A DNA stretch of 62,339 bases, the filler included, from Basidioascus undulatus (lineage: Eukaryota): NCBI GenBank assembly GCA_000826855.1. It is 8 parts of 8 records of this genome, joined end to end, with 100 filler letters (N's around TTAATTAATTAA, not from the genome) between each part and the next. Parts side by side here need not be neighbours in the genome. Positions count along the whole stretch, not along the records: positions 54,665 to 62,339 come from JTLS01001508.1; 7 more parts are not named here. One strand, given 5' to 3'. The position numbers and the translations under genes were made by a program. Position 1 is the stretch's first letter. Each line of letters starts with the position of its first letter. The notes below the pieces were generated by a model. That model had not been told where the DNA came from. It was given only the letters and a program-made list of their open reading frames with translations, and did not search any database. Positions 61,565 to 62,339 of the stretch are shown in pieces.

Positions 61565-62339
61565 ATGCCTTCCTCCTCCGTCCCCACTCCGACCTCGCCA
61601 GAGCGCTCTTCGCGGCCGGCCCACCTCTGCCATCTCCCCGTCCGCCGCTCCAAGCTCGCTCAGTCGTCCCTCCCCGAGCCGCCCTCGCCGTCACCAGACA
61701 GCGACTTCGTGCCCCGCAAGGCGAACAGGGACAGCATGGCCACCCTTGTCTCCTTCCGCTCCACGGCGTCTTCCACCGCCTCGTCTTTCGGCACCTCGTC
61801 TTTCCTCTCTCAGCCCCCGCTCGGCCGCAGACGCGCAGATTCCAGCATCAGTGCAGCGAGCACGCTTTGGGATCCCGTCGAGGCCGAGCGGGCATCCGCG
61901 ACGGGCTGCGGGAAGAGGAGGAGCGAGACGCTCAGGCCGGACAGTGTCTTGCTTGGTGGTGACTCGAAGGAGTGGGACAAGGCGCGTTCACATCGCCTTC
62001 TTGCGGCTGTCCCTTGTTTACGGGGACGTTCTTGCCCGGGATACGAAGCTCTGACGTGGAACGGATGCATAACAGTTGTCATCGCTGGACACGTTCATTC
62101 CGCCGAAAGTTGTCGAAGAGCTCGTCGAGGACGACGACGTGCCTCCGCGACCTCCATCCAAGTTGCCCAACCTGGATGACGTCTACAACCGTCTTCTCGA
62201 CGTGCGTTTCCTTTGAATTCCTTCTTCCCGCTCGCTCGTCAAAGCGGCTCATGCCGAGCCCCTATCGGAACAGATTATCGGTGACGATTGGCGGGAACCT
62301 CCTTCCCCGCTCCTCACGGACGAGAATTCGAACTTCACG
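61565..62339 (+). CDS. 5' part of hypothetical Ser/Pro-rich protein running off the window
   Basis: ORF from 61565; GC-AG intron 61982..62075 and a GT-AG intron near 62202..62274 give a continuous frame (...EWDK-LSSLDTFIPPK...YNRLLD-IIGDDWREPP). Confidence 0.65.

Overview
GC-rich, intron-rich fungal DNA. GTGCGT/GTGAGT donors, GCTGAC branch points and short introns point to a basidiomycete; the finer taxon is not determinable here. The window is not one contiguous locus: seven artificial 100-bp linkers (44 N + TTAATTAATTAA + 44 N) join eight contigs. Recognisable genes are an intron-containing tRNA-Asp(GUC), an FBXO21-like F-box/YccV protein, CHMP7/Cmp7, a partial NBR1-like ZZ/FW autophagy receptor, BUD23, a ~30-exon bestrophin (UPF0187), RPR2/Rpp21, an Rds1-like ferritin-fold secreted protein, a DUF1771-Smr protein, a divergent succinyl-CoA ligase beta-like protein, a partial thioredoxin-PUL protein, UBR1, a Lys/His-rich secreted repeat protein and NCS2/CTU2. 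There are also several pseudogenes and a ~3.4-kb CpG-depleted transposon relic. The most notable observations are (1) an unambiguously placed AT-AC intron with U2-type signals inside the conserved GIExIxxEIENPFG motif of the bestrophin gene, and (2) a mitochondrially targeted Smr protein followed by a second presequence-like segment and a LINE ORF1p-like domain, suggesting a processed polyprotein carrying a domesticated retroelement domain. All calls come from manual reading and motif recall; no searches were run.
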